From a virus (lineage: Duplodnaviria; Caudoviricetes), in the IMG/VR virus record IMGVR_UViG_3300031922_000051, positions 1 through 39,233 of that record: a stretch of DNA of 39,233 nucleotides. One strand, written 5' to 3'. This document shows, piece by piece, positions 1 to 7,908 of the stretch. Position 1 is the first letter of the stretch. Every line of letters begins with the position of its first letter. The notes below the pieces were generated by a model, which was not told the origin of the DNA, did not search any database, and worked only from the letters and a program-made list of their open reading frames with translations. Position numbers and translations under genes: made by a program.

Positions 1-195
1 GCCATTATTCTAATGGCAGTTAAGGATTACAGGTCTGCATTAAAGAAACTTAAAAAGCGTCCAAACTATGAGCCGGCTGAAATTATGAAAAACGAGGTGG
101 AGAGGTTCTTCCGCTCTGATTGGTATAGAGAACTTACCTCTGTTGATGGGAACATCCTAATCAAAAAATTAAAATCGGAGGTAAGAGAGATATGA
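1..195 (+). CDS. Conserved phage hypothetical protein, 5'-truncated by the window edge
   Basis: Frame is open from base 1 (AIILMAVKDYR...ERFFRSDWY...); stop overlaps the next ATG (ATGA). Confidence 0.7.
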   Translation, partial: AIILMAVKDYRSALKKLKKRPNYEPAEIMKNEVERFFRSDWYRELTSVDGNILIKKLKSEVREI

Positions 196-617
196 AAGTA
201 AAGGAATATTTACACCAAGCTTACAGGCTTGATAAAAGAATACAATCAGACATCGAGGAAATGGAATTCTTAAGAGAAATGGCAACAAGTGTATCATCAC
301 CAAGTTGGGATGAAAAAGTTCAAACCTCACAAAATGCCGATGCCAAGTTTGTAAGGTGTTTGGAGCGGATTATGGATTTGGAAAGAAAAATAAACACAGA
401 AGTAGATAATCTTGTAGCACTCAAGGAGCAGATAAGGCGTGTTATAAACGAGGTTGCAGACACTGATGAGCGCATGGTATTACGGTATCGGTATGTCCAT
501 AACCTAACCTGGGAGCAAATTGGCGATGAACTTAATGCCGATAGAACAACAGTCTACAGATGGCATAATGCAGCTCTTAACCATGTAACTCTTCCTAAAG
601 ATCCTATTAAAATATAG
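192..617 (+). CDS. ArpU/RinA-like (DUF1492-like) late transcriptional regulator
   Basis: N-terminal KEYL.QA...D.RI helix; C-terminal sigma-region-4-like HTH (LRYRY...TWEQIGDELN...TVYRWH..AL); sits just before the packaging genes. Confidence 0.8.
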   Translation: MKVKEYLHQAYRLDKRIQSDIEEMEFLREMATSVSSPSWDEKVQTSQNADAKFVRCLERIMDLERKINTEVDNLVALKEQIRRVINEVADTDERMVLRYRYVHNLTWEQIGDELNADRTTVYRWHNAALNHVTLPKDPIKI

Positions 618-680
618 CTTGCACAACTTGCAACACTTTGCAACAAGATACCACTATTGCATTTGTGTTAGTATATAATC
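618..680 (+). promoter_or_regulatory. Putative late promoter with TTGCA repeats
   Basis: TTGCA at 619, 628, 638 and 657; TATAAT at 674-679; lies between the late regulator and HNH. Confidence 0.55.
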
Positions 681-700
681 AGCAAAATAGAATATTTACC

Positions 701-733
701 AAGCCTTGTGGGAATTCCTCGCAGGGCTTTTTC
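701..733 (+). terminator. Intrinsic terminator-like hairpin in the late leader
   Basis: AAGCCTTGTGGG...CTCGCAGGGCTT followed by a T run. Confidence 0.55.
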
Positions 734-758
734 TATGCCCGGAAAGCGAGGTGAAATG

Positions 759-1118
759 ATGCCCAAAAGACCAAAGCGACCGTGCAGTACCCCAGGTTGT
801 CCTAATCTAACCGATGGTAGGTACTGTGAGGAACATAGAGTAGTAGAGCGTAGGCGCTATGATAAATTTGAACGTTCACCGGATGTGAATAAAAAGTACG
901 GTAGAGCCTGGAAGAGAATCCGTGACAGATATGCTAGGGAGCATCCTTTGTGTGAGATGTGCGAGAAAAACGGACGGCTTACCTCTGCTGAAGAAGTACA
1001 TCACATCCTCCCCATTTCTTTAGGTGGTACGCATGACAAAAGTAATTTGATGTCTTTATGTAAGTCCTGCCACAACAAGATACATTTAGAACTTGGTGAT
1101 AGACAGATTAGAAAGTGA
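759..1118 (+). CDS. HNH endonuclease (terminase cofactor, HK97 gp74-like)
   Basis: PLCEMC...EVHHILP...GG..D..NL.SLCKSCHNKIH motif; GAGGTG RBS at 748-753; directly upstream of terS. Confidence 0.92.
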   Translation: MPKRPKRPCSTPGCPNLTDGRYCEEHRVVERRRYDKFERSPDVNKKYGRAWKRIRDRYAREHPLCEMCEKNGRLTSAEEVHHILPISLGGTHDKSNLMSLCKSCHNKIHLELGDRQIRK

Positions 1119-1205
1119 GCCAGGGGCGGTTCAAATCTCTACACCTTTTATAGCGGACAACGGCCTGGGGTCTTGCGTGTAAAAATCAGAAATCAAAGGG
1201 GGTAT
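1119..1205. other. Probable cos / packaging initiation region
   Basis: GC-rich non-coding gap between HNH and terS (GGGGCGG...AAATCTC...CGGCCTGGGGTC...GCGTGTAAAAA); this is the usual cos position in HNH-terS-terL phages. Cut site not determinable. Confidence 0.5.
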
Positions 1206-1235
1206 TAAAGACTTTTAGAAAAGCGAGGTGGAAAA

Positions 1236-1775
1236 ATGGCAAAGGACGGTACAGCAAGAGGTGGCCAGCGTGTTGGCGCAGGAAGAAAATCAAAAGCTCT
1301 AACAGATAAAATTGCTGATGGCAGATTAAACGGGGCTCAAGTACTGCCGGAGCCAGCAGAAATGGAAGGCACGGATGTTCCTCCAGTAAAAGATTATCTA
1401 AAGGCGGCTCAGAAAAACGGTAAAGACCTCTGTGCAGAAGATATTTATATAGAAACCTATAAATGGTTAAAGGATCGTAGCTGCGAAATGTTAGTAAACA
1501 ACCAGCTAATCGAGCAATATGCCATGAGTGTTTCTCGTTGGATTCAGTGCGAGGAGTGTATTTCAGAATATGGATTTCTTGCAAAGCATCCTACTACATC
1601 AGCAGCCATAGCATCACCGTATGTTGCTATGAGCCGTGAATACATGAAACAAGTAAATCAGTGTTGGTATCAGATATACCAGATTGTAAAAGAAAACTGC
1701 TCTGTAGAGTTCGGTGGCAGAAGTCCACAAGATGATTTAATGGAGCGGCTATTATCAGCTCGGAAAGGAAAATGA
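1236..1775 (+). CDS. Terminase small subunit (P27-like)
   Basis: N-terminal RGG.R.GAGRK motif, ...SPYVAM... segment, GAGGTGG RBS, position after HNH. Confidence 0.85.
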   Translation: MAKDGTARGGQRVGAGRKSKALTDKIADGRLNGAQVLPEPAEMEGTDVPPVKDYLKAAQKNGKDLCAEDIYIETYKWLKDRSCEMLVNNQLIEQYAMSVSRWIQCEECISEYGFLAKHPTTSAAIASPYVAMSREYMKQVNQCWYQIYQIVKENCSVEFGGRSPQDDLMERLLSARKGK

Positions 1776-3013
1776 AAATGATAATTGAAAAAAAGAATAT
1801 AAAAGACCTGCTTCCTGCTAAATACAATCCTCGTAAAGATTTAAGGCCAGGTGATGCAGAGTATGAAAAGCTGAAACGCTCGATTGAGCAATTCGGGTAT
1901 GTGGAGCCGGTTATCTGGAATAAGGTGACCGGCAATGTTGTAGGTGGTCATCAAAGACTTAAGGTGCTCATTGATATGGGTATATCAGAAGTCGAATGTG
2001 TCATCATTGAGATGGATGAGGAAAAAGAAAAAGCACTCAATATCGCCCTTAATAAAATTAGCGGTGATTGGGATAAGGATAAACTTGCCCTCTTGATTGC
2101 TGATTTACAAGGAGCAGATTTTGATGTATCTCTTACTGGATTTGACCCTAAAGAACTGGATGACTTATTTAAAGATACCATTAAAGATGGAATTCACGAT
2201 GATGACTTTGATGTGGATGAAGAATTAAAAAAGCCTGCAATCAGCAAATTTGGTGACGTATGGACGCTAGGTAGGCATCGGCTGGTATGTGGTGACTCCA
2301 CAAAAAAAGAAACCTATGATCTGCTGATGAATAAAAACAAGGCGAATTTGTGTGTGACAGACCCTCCCTACAACGTAAATTATGAAGGCTCTGCAGGGAA
2401 AATCAAAAACGATCATATGACAAATGATGCCTTTTATCAATTCCTCTTAGATGCCTTTATCAATATTGAGGAAGCATTAGCAGACGATGCCTCCGTCTAT
2501 GTATTTCATGCCGACACCGAAGGGTTTAATTTTAGAAAAGCCTTCTCGGATGCCGGTTTTTATTTATCCGGTTGCTGTATATGGAAAAAGGACTCCCTTG
2601 TACTTGGACGTTCACCATATCAATGGCAACACGAACCAGTGCTTTATGGCTGGAAGAAGAAAGGAAGACATCAGTGGTATACGGGAAGAAAAGAAACTAC
2701 CATATGGGAGTTTGATAAACCAAAGAGAAATGGTGAGCATCCTACGATGAAGCCGATTCCTCTTCTTGCCTATCCTATTTTGAACTCCTCTATGAGTAAC
2801 ACAATTGTACTCGATCCCTTTGGAGGAAGTGGAAGTACATTAATTGCTTGTGAGCAGTCAGAGCGTGTTTGCTACACAGTGGAACTGGATGAGAAATTCT
2901 GTGATGTTATTGTAAAACGCTATATTGAGCAAGTCGGCACTTCAAAAGAAGTAAGTGTTCAAAGGGACGGACTCAGTTATAAATATGATGAATTGGAGGT
3001 AGCCAATGAATAA
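1772..3013 (+). CDS. ParB-like N-terminus fused to an N6-adenine/N4-cytosine DNA methyltransferase (beta class)
   Basis: YNPR...SIEQFGYVEPV...GGHQRL (ParB/Srx); DPPY catalytic motif, HPTMKP and VLDPFGGSGSTLIA SAM motif. Confidence 0.92.
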   Translation: MKMIIEKKNIKDLLPAKYNPRKDLRPGDAEYEKLKRSIEQFGYVEPVIWNKVTGNVVGGHQRLKVLIDMGISEVECVIIEMDEEKEKALNIALNKISGDWDKDKLALLIADLQGADFDVSLTGFDPKELDDLFKDTIKDGIHDDDFDVDEELKKPAISKFGDVWTLGRHRLVCGDSTKKETYDLLMNKNKANLCVTDPPYNVNYEGSAGKIKNDHMTNDAFYQFLLDAFINIEEALADDASVYVFHADTEGFNFRKAFSDAGFYLSGCCIWKKDSLVLGRSPYQWQHEPVLYGWKKKGRHQWYTGRKETTIWEFDKPKRNGEHPTMKPIPLLAYPILNSSMSNTIVLDPFGGSGSTLIACEQSERVCYTVELDEKFCDVIVKRYIEQVGTSKEVSVQRDGLSYKYDELEVANE

Positions 3014-4739
3014 ACTGACCCTAGGCAGTCTTTTTGACGGCTCGGGCGGTTTTCCTTTAGGCGGTTTAATTTCCGGTATTACCCCAGTATGGGCATCGGA
3101 GATTGAACCGTTTCCTATTAGGGTGACAACCAAAAGGCTGCCTTTTATCAAACATTATGGAGATATTTCTTGCATGGATGGCAGCAAGATAGAACCAGTA
3201 GATATTATTACCTTTGGCTCCCCTTGCCAAGATTTATCCATAGCAGGTAAGCGTGATGGCTTGGATGGGAAACGTTCAAGTCTTTTTTATGAAGCCATCC
3301 GAATCGTAAAAGAAATGAGGTGTGCTACAGATGGCAAAAAGCCAAGATATATTGTCTGGGAAAACGTGCCTGGAGCGTTCTCATCAAACAAAGGAGAAGA
3401 TTTCAGATGTGTCCTTGAAGGCATCTGCCACATCGAAGATGAAACCATATCAATTCCTAAAACTGATAAATGGAAACAAGCAGGAAGTATCGTGGGAGAT
3501 CATTTCTCCCTTGCCTGGCGAGTGCTGGATGCTCAATACTGGGGAGTTCCCCAACGAAGAAAACGAATCTTCCTTGTCGCAGATTTTGCAGGTGGGGGTG
3601 CCGGAGAAATACTATTTAAGTCAGAAGGCTTGTCTGGGTATTCTAAGGAGAGCATCCGCTCGTGGCAAGGTACTGCCAGCTATATTGCAGACAGCACTGG
3701 AGAGGCAGGCACAATCTGCTTAAACGACCAGGGCGGTAATCGTATGGATGTGACAAAGGATATCACTTGTACCCTACGTGCTAAGTCAAATCATCCACCT
3801 TGTGTTTTGGACTCAGCTGTTTTTGACAATCACGGGAAGGATACTCGTTTTAGTGGGCCGATTGATGTTGCACCAACTATTTCTGCTACTTATGGAACAG
3901 GTGGCAACAATCAACCATTTGTTGTGGAAAATCCCAAGACCTACGATGTGCGATTTACCTCAGAAGGAACAATCAATGCACGTTCAAATGTCTATGAAAG
4001 TGATACGGCAAGAACCATTGATACGTCCGGCAATGCTCCCGATAGCAATCAAGGTGGTATTGCTGTGGTAGAAAGTTATGCCTTGCAAGGTTCTATGATA
4101 GGCCGAGATGACAAGAATGGACCACGAGGTGATGGCGTTAATGAGGAAGTCAGCTTTACTTTAAATACTGTAGATAAGCACGCTGTCGTTTATGCGATTG
4201 ATAGGGAATCTTTCAACTGTGGTCAAAATTATGCTAGAAATCTTGGAATTACAGAAGATGGGATAAGTTCAACACTAAATGCACAGGGTCCTAGTGCGGT
4301 GGCAACTCCTACTTATTCCATGACAACAGGTAGCTTTATGCAAGTAAATGAGGGTAAGGCATCTACACTTGCGGCAAGAGATTACAAGGATCCACCAATA
4401 ATTAATGGTACTGATGGTATAGAATACACAGTCAGAAGGCTGACACCAACAGAGTGTGCAAGACTGCAGGGTTTCCCAGATTGGTGGTGCAGTGATTTAG
4501 GGATAGAAAACCCAACGATGGATGACCTTCGCACTTGGTATGACATATTTGAAACACATCGTAAAGTGACCGGCAGTTATTCAAAAGCCAAGACACTAAA
4601 GCAAATAGCTAAGTGGCTAAAGAATCCTCATTCAGATTCTGCTGAGTATAAGATGTGGGGCAATGGAGTAGCCCTTCCCAATGTATGTTTTGTGCTGTCT
4701 GGCATTGTTTGGTATACACAATTAGAAGAAAACACTTAA
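3006..4739 (+). CDS. C5-cytosine DNA methyltransferase with a long modular variable region
   Basis: Motifs LFDGSGG, GSPCQ, WENVPG, PQRRKRIF, RRLTPTECARLQGFPD, GNGV. Confidence 0.95.
   Translation: MNKLTLGSLFDGSGGFPLGGLISGITPVWASEIEPFPIRVTTKRLPFIKHYGDISCMDGSKIEPVDIITFGSPCQDLSIAGKRDGLDGKRSSLFYEAIRIVKEMRCATDGKKPRYIVWENVPGAFSSNKGEDFRCVLEGICHIEDETISIPKTDKWKQAGSIVGDHFSLAWRVLDAQYWGVPQRRKRIFLVADFAGGGAGEILFKSEGLSGYSKESIRSWQGTASYIADSTGEAGTICLNDQGGNRMDVTKDITCTLRAKSNHPPCVLDSAVFDNHGKDTRFSGPIDVAPTISATYGTGGNNQPFVVENPKTYDVRFTSEGTINARSNVYESDTARTIDTSGNAPDSNQGGIAVVESYALQGSMIGRDDKNGPRGDGVNEEVSFTLNTVDKHAVVYAIDRESFNCGQNYARNLGITEDGISSTLNAQGPSAVATPTYSMTTGSFMQVNEGKASTLAARDYKDPPIINGTDGIEYTVRRLTPTECARLQGFPDWWCSDLGIENPTMDDLRTWYDIFETHRKVTGSYSKAKTLKQIAKWLKNPHSDSAEYKMWGNGVALPNVCFVLSGIVWYTQLEENT
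3331..3723 (+). CDS. Nested +1-frame protein, M.EcoHK31I beta-subunit-like
   Basis: GAGGTG at 3317-3322, 8 nt before ATG 3331; C-terminal SSLSQILQ..VPEKYYLSQKACLGILRRA..RGK.LP..LQ.AL. Confidence 0.75.
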   Translation: MAKSQDILSGKTCLERSHQTKEKISDVSLKASATSKMKPYQFLKLINGNKQEVSWEIISPLPGECWMLNTGEFPNEENESSLSQILQVGVPEKYYLSQKACLGILRRASARGKVLPAILQTALERQAQSA

Positions 4740-4772
4740 TCTGTATTTCTATTCTAAATTAGCGATAAAAAG

Positions 4773-4806
4773 CTTGATAAATAAGTGTTTTAGAGTGATA
4801 TATGTA
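4773..4806 (+). promoter_or_regulatory. Repeated promoter/operator motif A, copy 1
   Basis: CTTGATA...TTTTAGAGTGATATATGTA; the 19-mer at 4788-4806 is identical to 34419-34437. Confidence 0.65.
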
Positions 4807-4833
4807 CATACCAAAACAAAGGAGGTTTTGTAC

Positions 4834-5526
4834 ATGATAATTAAGTATAACGTAACAGGGTCAGAGCGAAAGAGGTTAGTCACAGCACTTAGCAACATCA
4901 CAGGTGTTAAAGCAAAGTACCTTGGAATGCCCAGTATGGCTTATAAGGTGGATGCCTTTATCATCGACAAGAATGGGAGCCTTGAATTTAGTGATAAGGC
5001 AGACAGCGAAAAAATCGAAAACGTGGCCCAGTGTTTGGCAAGGGAGGGTTTTATCGCAGAGGAGCAAATTAACGCCACTGAGAGCAAACAAACCGCAGAC
5101 AGTGAGGCTTTAAGCCTTTGCATATCAATGCCAAGGAGTAGCTTTACAGAAAAGGCACTTGAAAACCTAAAGGCGATTGTTGAGGCAAAAGGCGATCTTA
5201 TCCGCCATGCACTTGAGGCAGAAGACTTACCGATTGAAATTTCTGAAGATGAAGTTTCATTCCCATGGTTTAAAGAAATACCAACACCAGAAGAGGTTAC
5301 GGCTTATAACCATTTTATTTCTGCATTTTGCGAGATGGCAAGAAACCAGAAACGCATTACTGCAAAAGAAAAGGAAACCCCAAATGAAAAATACGCATTT
5401 AGATGCTTTTTGCTCCGCCTTGGATTTATTGGCAAAGAGTATAAAGAAGAACGAAAAATATTGCTCAGAAATCTAACCGGTTCTGCGGCATTCAAAGGAG
5501 GAGTAAAAAATGAGGATAATCAGTAA
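4834..5526 (+). CDS. Conserved phage protein commonly annotated 'virulence-related protein'
   Basis: AAGGAGG RBS before ATG 4834; KAKYLG.PS.AY and NEKYAFRCFLLRLGFIG..YK..RKILL.NL.G..AF motifs. Confidence 0.7.
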   Translation: MIIKYNVTGSERKRLVTALSNITGVKAKYLGMPSMAYKVDAFIIDKNGSLEFSDKADSEKIENVAQCLAREGFIAEEQINATESKQTADSEALSLCISMPRSSFTEKALENLKAIVEAKGDLIRHALEAEDLPIEISEDEVSFPWFKEIPTPEEVTAYNHFISAFCEMARNQKRITAKEKETPNEKYAFRCFLLRLGFIGKEYKEERKILLRNLTGSAAFKGGVKNEDNQ

Positions 5527-5740
5527 AGAACAACTACTAAACCTTCGTGAGAAGTACCCTGCTGGATGTCGAGTAGAACTATTAAAGATGGATGATATTC
5601 AAGCTCCAAAGATTGGTACTAAAGGAACAGTTGTAGGAGTTGACGATATTGGTTCTATTATGGTGCGGTGGGATTCAGGCTCCAGCCTCTCAGTAGCTTT
5701 TGGCGAAGACCTGTGCAGGAGGATTCACGATGACAGATAA
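5510..5740 (+). CDS. DUF4314-like protein
   Basis: YP.G.RVEL..MDD...P.IGT.GTV.GVDD.G.I.V.WD.GSSL....GED motif; GGAGGAG RBS. Confidence 0.85.
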   Translation: MRIISKEQLLNLREKYPAGCRVELLKMDDIQAPKIGTKGTVVGVDDIGSIMVRWDSGSSLSVAFGEDLCRRIHDDR

Positions 5741-5909
5741 GATAAAACAACAGATTCTTGCTATTCGTGACACAGGTGAAACCAATATGTTCGATGTGCG
5801 AAAAGTACAGGAAATCGCTCTAAGGGAAGGATATGACGAGTTACTTCTTTACCTTGCAGATAACATTGGGGTTTAATCCAGATTCATTCTGACCGGTAAG
5901 GAGGAATAA
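5730..5909 (+). pseudogene. DUF5049-like protein with an in-frame TAA at 5874-5876
   Basis: AGGAGG RBS; reads MTDKIKQQILAIRDTGETNMFDVRKVQEIA...YLADNIGV*SRFILTGKEE*. Not in the ORF track. Confidence 0.75.
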
Positions 5910-5913
5910 AGCC

Positions 5914-6138
5914 ATGTGGAGAGACGGTAGCATCAAAGTTCATGACAGTATCATCCATTATTGGGTAAAGTGCTATGAGAAAGGCTCGGAATTTGGCATT
6001 GACGAAGGACGCATCTCTAAGCTGATGCTTAAGCGTAACGGAAAGATTATTGCAAACTATGACCGAGGCTGGGACATTGAACCTGGGGATGAGGATACAG
6101 AAATTGCGCTTGCAATCCTGATGAAGGAATATAACTAA
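5914..6138 (+). CDS. Conserved small phage protein
   Basis: AAGGAGG RBS; K.YE..SEFGI.EGRISKL...ANYDRGWDI.P motif. Confidence 0.8.
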   Translation: MWRDGSIKVHDSIIHYWVKCYEKGSEFGIDEGRISKLMLKRNGKIIANYDRGWDIEPGDEDTEIALAILMKEYN

Positions 6139-6147
6139 ACATTAAAA

Positions 6148-6222
6148 GAGGACAGTGCCAAAATTGGCTCTGTTTCTCGTATAGATAGAGTGATATGGCT
6201 TGCTTGATGCAGGTCTATTTTT
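6148..6222 (+). terminator. Two hairpins closing the accessory operon
   Basis: GAGGACAGTGCCA-aaat-TGGCTCTGTTTCTC (6148-6178), then GGCTTGC-ttgat-GCAGGTC followed by TATTTTT. Confidence 0.5.
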
Positions 6223-6246
6223 ATGCTTGTTGGGAGGTGACCGTAT

Positions 6247-7845
6247 ATTAGAAAGTTGAAGAAATATAAACCGACAGCTTTTATGGCAAAGGACTCTTAT
6301 TACGATAAAGATTCTGCAGACTATGCGGTCAACTTTATTGAGTGCTTAAGCCATACCAAAGGTAAATGGTCAGGAAAACCTTTTGAACTCATAGATTGGC
6401 AAGAGCAAATCATCAGAGATATTTTTGGAACACTTAAACCAAATGGATATAGACAATTTAATACGGCTTATATTGAGATACCAAAGAAGATGGGGAAATC
6501 AGAACTGGCGGCTGCTGTTGCCCTACTTCTTTGTTGCGGTGATGGTGAAGAAAGAGCGGAGGTGTATGGTTGTGCCGCAGATCGTCAGCAAGCATCGATA
6601 GTATTTGAAGTTGCAGCCGATATGGTTCGTATGAGTCAGGCACTTAGTAAACGAGTTAAAATCCTGTCGGCAACAAAGCGCATTGTTTTTCAGCCGACTA
6701 ATAGTTTTTATCAAGTGCTTTCAGCTGAAGCCTATTCAAAGCATGGGTTTAATATACACGGTGTTGTTTTTGATGAACTTCATACCCAGCCCAATAGAAA
6801 ACTCTTTGATGTTATGACTAAGGGTTCTGGTGATGCAAGAACCCAACCGCTGTATTTTCTTATTACCACTGCAGGGTCAGACACCAAATCTATCTGCTAT
6901 GAGACACATCAAAAAGCAAAAGACCTCTTGGAAGGGCGAAAGGTTGACCCTACATTTTATCCAATTATTTATGGAGCAGACGAATCTGATGATTGGACGG
7001 ATCCAAAAGTATGGAAAAAAGCAAATCCAAGCCTAGGGATTACCGTGGGAATCGACAAGGTAAAAGCCGCTTGTGAATCTGCAAAGCAAAATCCTGCAGA
7101 AGAGAATACATTTAGACAGCTAAGACTTAATCAATGGGTCAAACAAGCAGTTCGCTGGATGCCGATGGATAGGTGGGATAAATGTGCTTTTGCCGTAAAT
7201 CAGGAAGACTTACTTGGAAGAGTTTGCTATGGCGGTCTAGACCTTTCAAGTTCTATAGATATAACAGCATTTGTGCTCGTGTTTCCACCGGAAGATGAAG
7301 ATGACAAATATATTGTTCTTCCCTATTTTTGGTTACCGGAAGAAACCCTTAGTCTCAGAGTAAATCGTGACCATGTTCCCTACGATGTATGGGAAAAGCA
7401 AGGTTACCTTAAAACTACTGAAGGTAATGTTGTGCATTATGGTTTCATTGAGAAATTTATTGAAAGTCTTGGTGAGAAGTATAATATTCGAGAAATTGCC
7501 TTTGACCGCTGGGGTGCAGTTCAGATGGTACAAAACCTTGAGGGTATGGGTTTTACCGTTGTTCCATTTGGACAGGGATTTAAGGATATGAGTCCGCCAA
7601 CCAAGGAACTTATGAAACTAACCTTGGAGGAAAAGGTCGCACATGGTGGACATCCCGTTCTTAGATGGATGATGGATAATATTTTTATTCGTACTGATCC
7701 AGCGGGCAACATTAAACCAGATAAAGAGAAGTCAACAGAAAAAATAGATGGTGCTGTAGCCACTATTATGGCTTTAGATAGAGCAATCCGTACAAGTGGA
7801 ACAGGTAATTCTGTATATGATGGAAGGGGATTATTGATTTTGTAG
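6247..7845 (+). CDS. terL: Terminase large subunit (probable ATT start at 6247; TTG at 6256 is the alternative)
   Basis: Walker A IPKKMGKS, Walker B VVFDELH, nuclease motifs GGLDLS and KIDGAVA..MA. Confidence 0.95.
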   Translation: MRKLKKYKPTAFMAKDSYYDKDSADYAVNFIECLSHTKGKWSGKPFELIDWQEQIIRDIFGTLKPNGYRQFNTAYIEIPKKMGKSELAAAVALLLCCGDGEERAEVYGCAADRQQASIVFEVAADMVRMSQALSKRVKILSATKRIVFQPTNSFYQVLSAEAYSKHGFNIHGVVFDELHTQPNRKLFDVMTKGSGDARTQPLYFLITTAGSDTKSICYETHQKAKDLLEGRKVDPTFYPIIYGADESDDWTDPKVWKKANPSLGITVGIDKVKAACESAKQNPAEENTFRQLRLNQWVKQAVRWMPMDRWDKCAFAVNQEDLLGRVCYGGLDLSSSIDITAFVLVFPPEDEDDKYIVLPYFWLPEETLSLRVNRDHVPYDVWEKQGYLKTTEGNVVHYGFIEKFIESLGEKYNIREIAFDRWGAVQMVQNLEGMGFTVVPFGQGFKDMSPPTKELMKLTLEEKVAHGGHPVLRWMMDNIFIRTDPAGNIKPDKEKSTEKIDGAVATIMALDRAIRTSGTGNSVYDGRGLLIL

Positions 7846-7852
7846 GAAGTTC

Positions 7853-7881
7853 TTACCTTCGGTATGAATTTCAAGTATAAT
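7853..7881 (+). promoter_or_regulatory. Putative sigma-A promoter of the inserted nuclease gene
   Basis: TTACCT-N17-TATAAT, followed by GGAGGTG RBS. Confidence 0.45.
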
Positions 7882-7908
7882 ATCATTATAAGATAATCAG
7901 GGAGGTGA

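Noticed and set aside
3778-4071. Second +1-frame ORF inside the methyltransferase
   Set aside because: No clear RBS and no recognisable motif, unlike 3331..3723; treated as a chance open frame.
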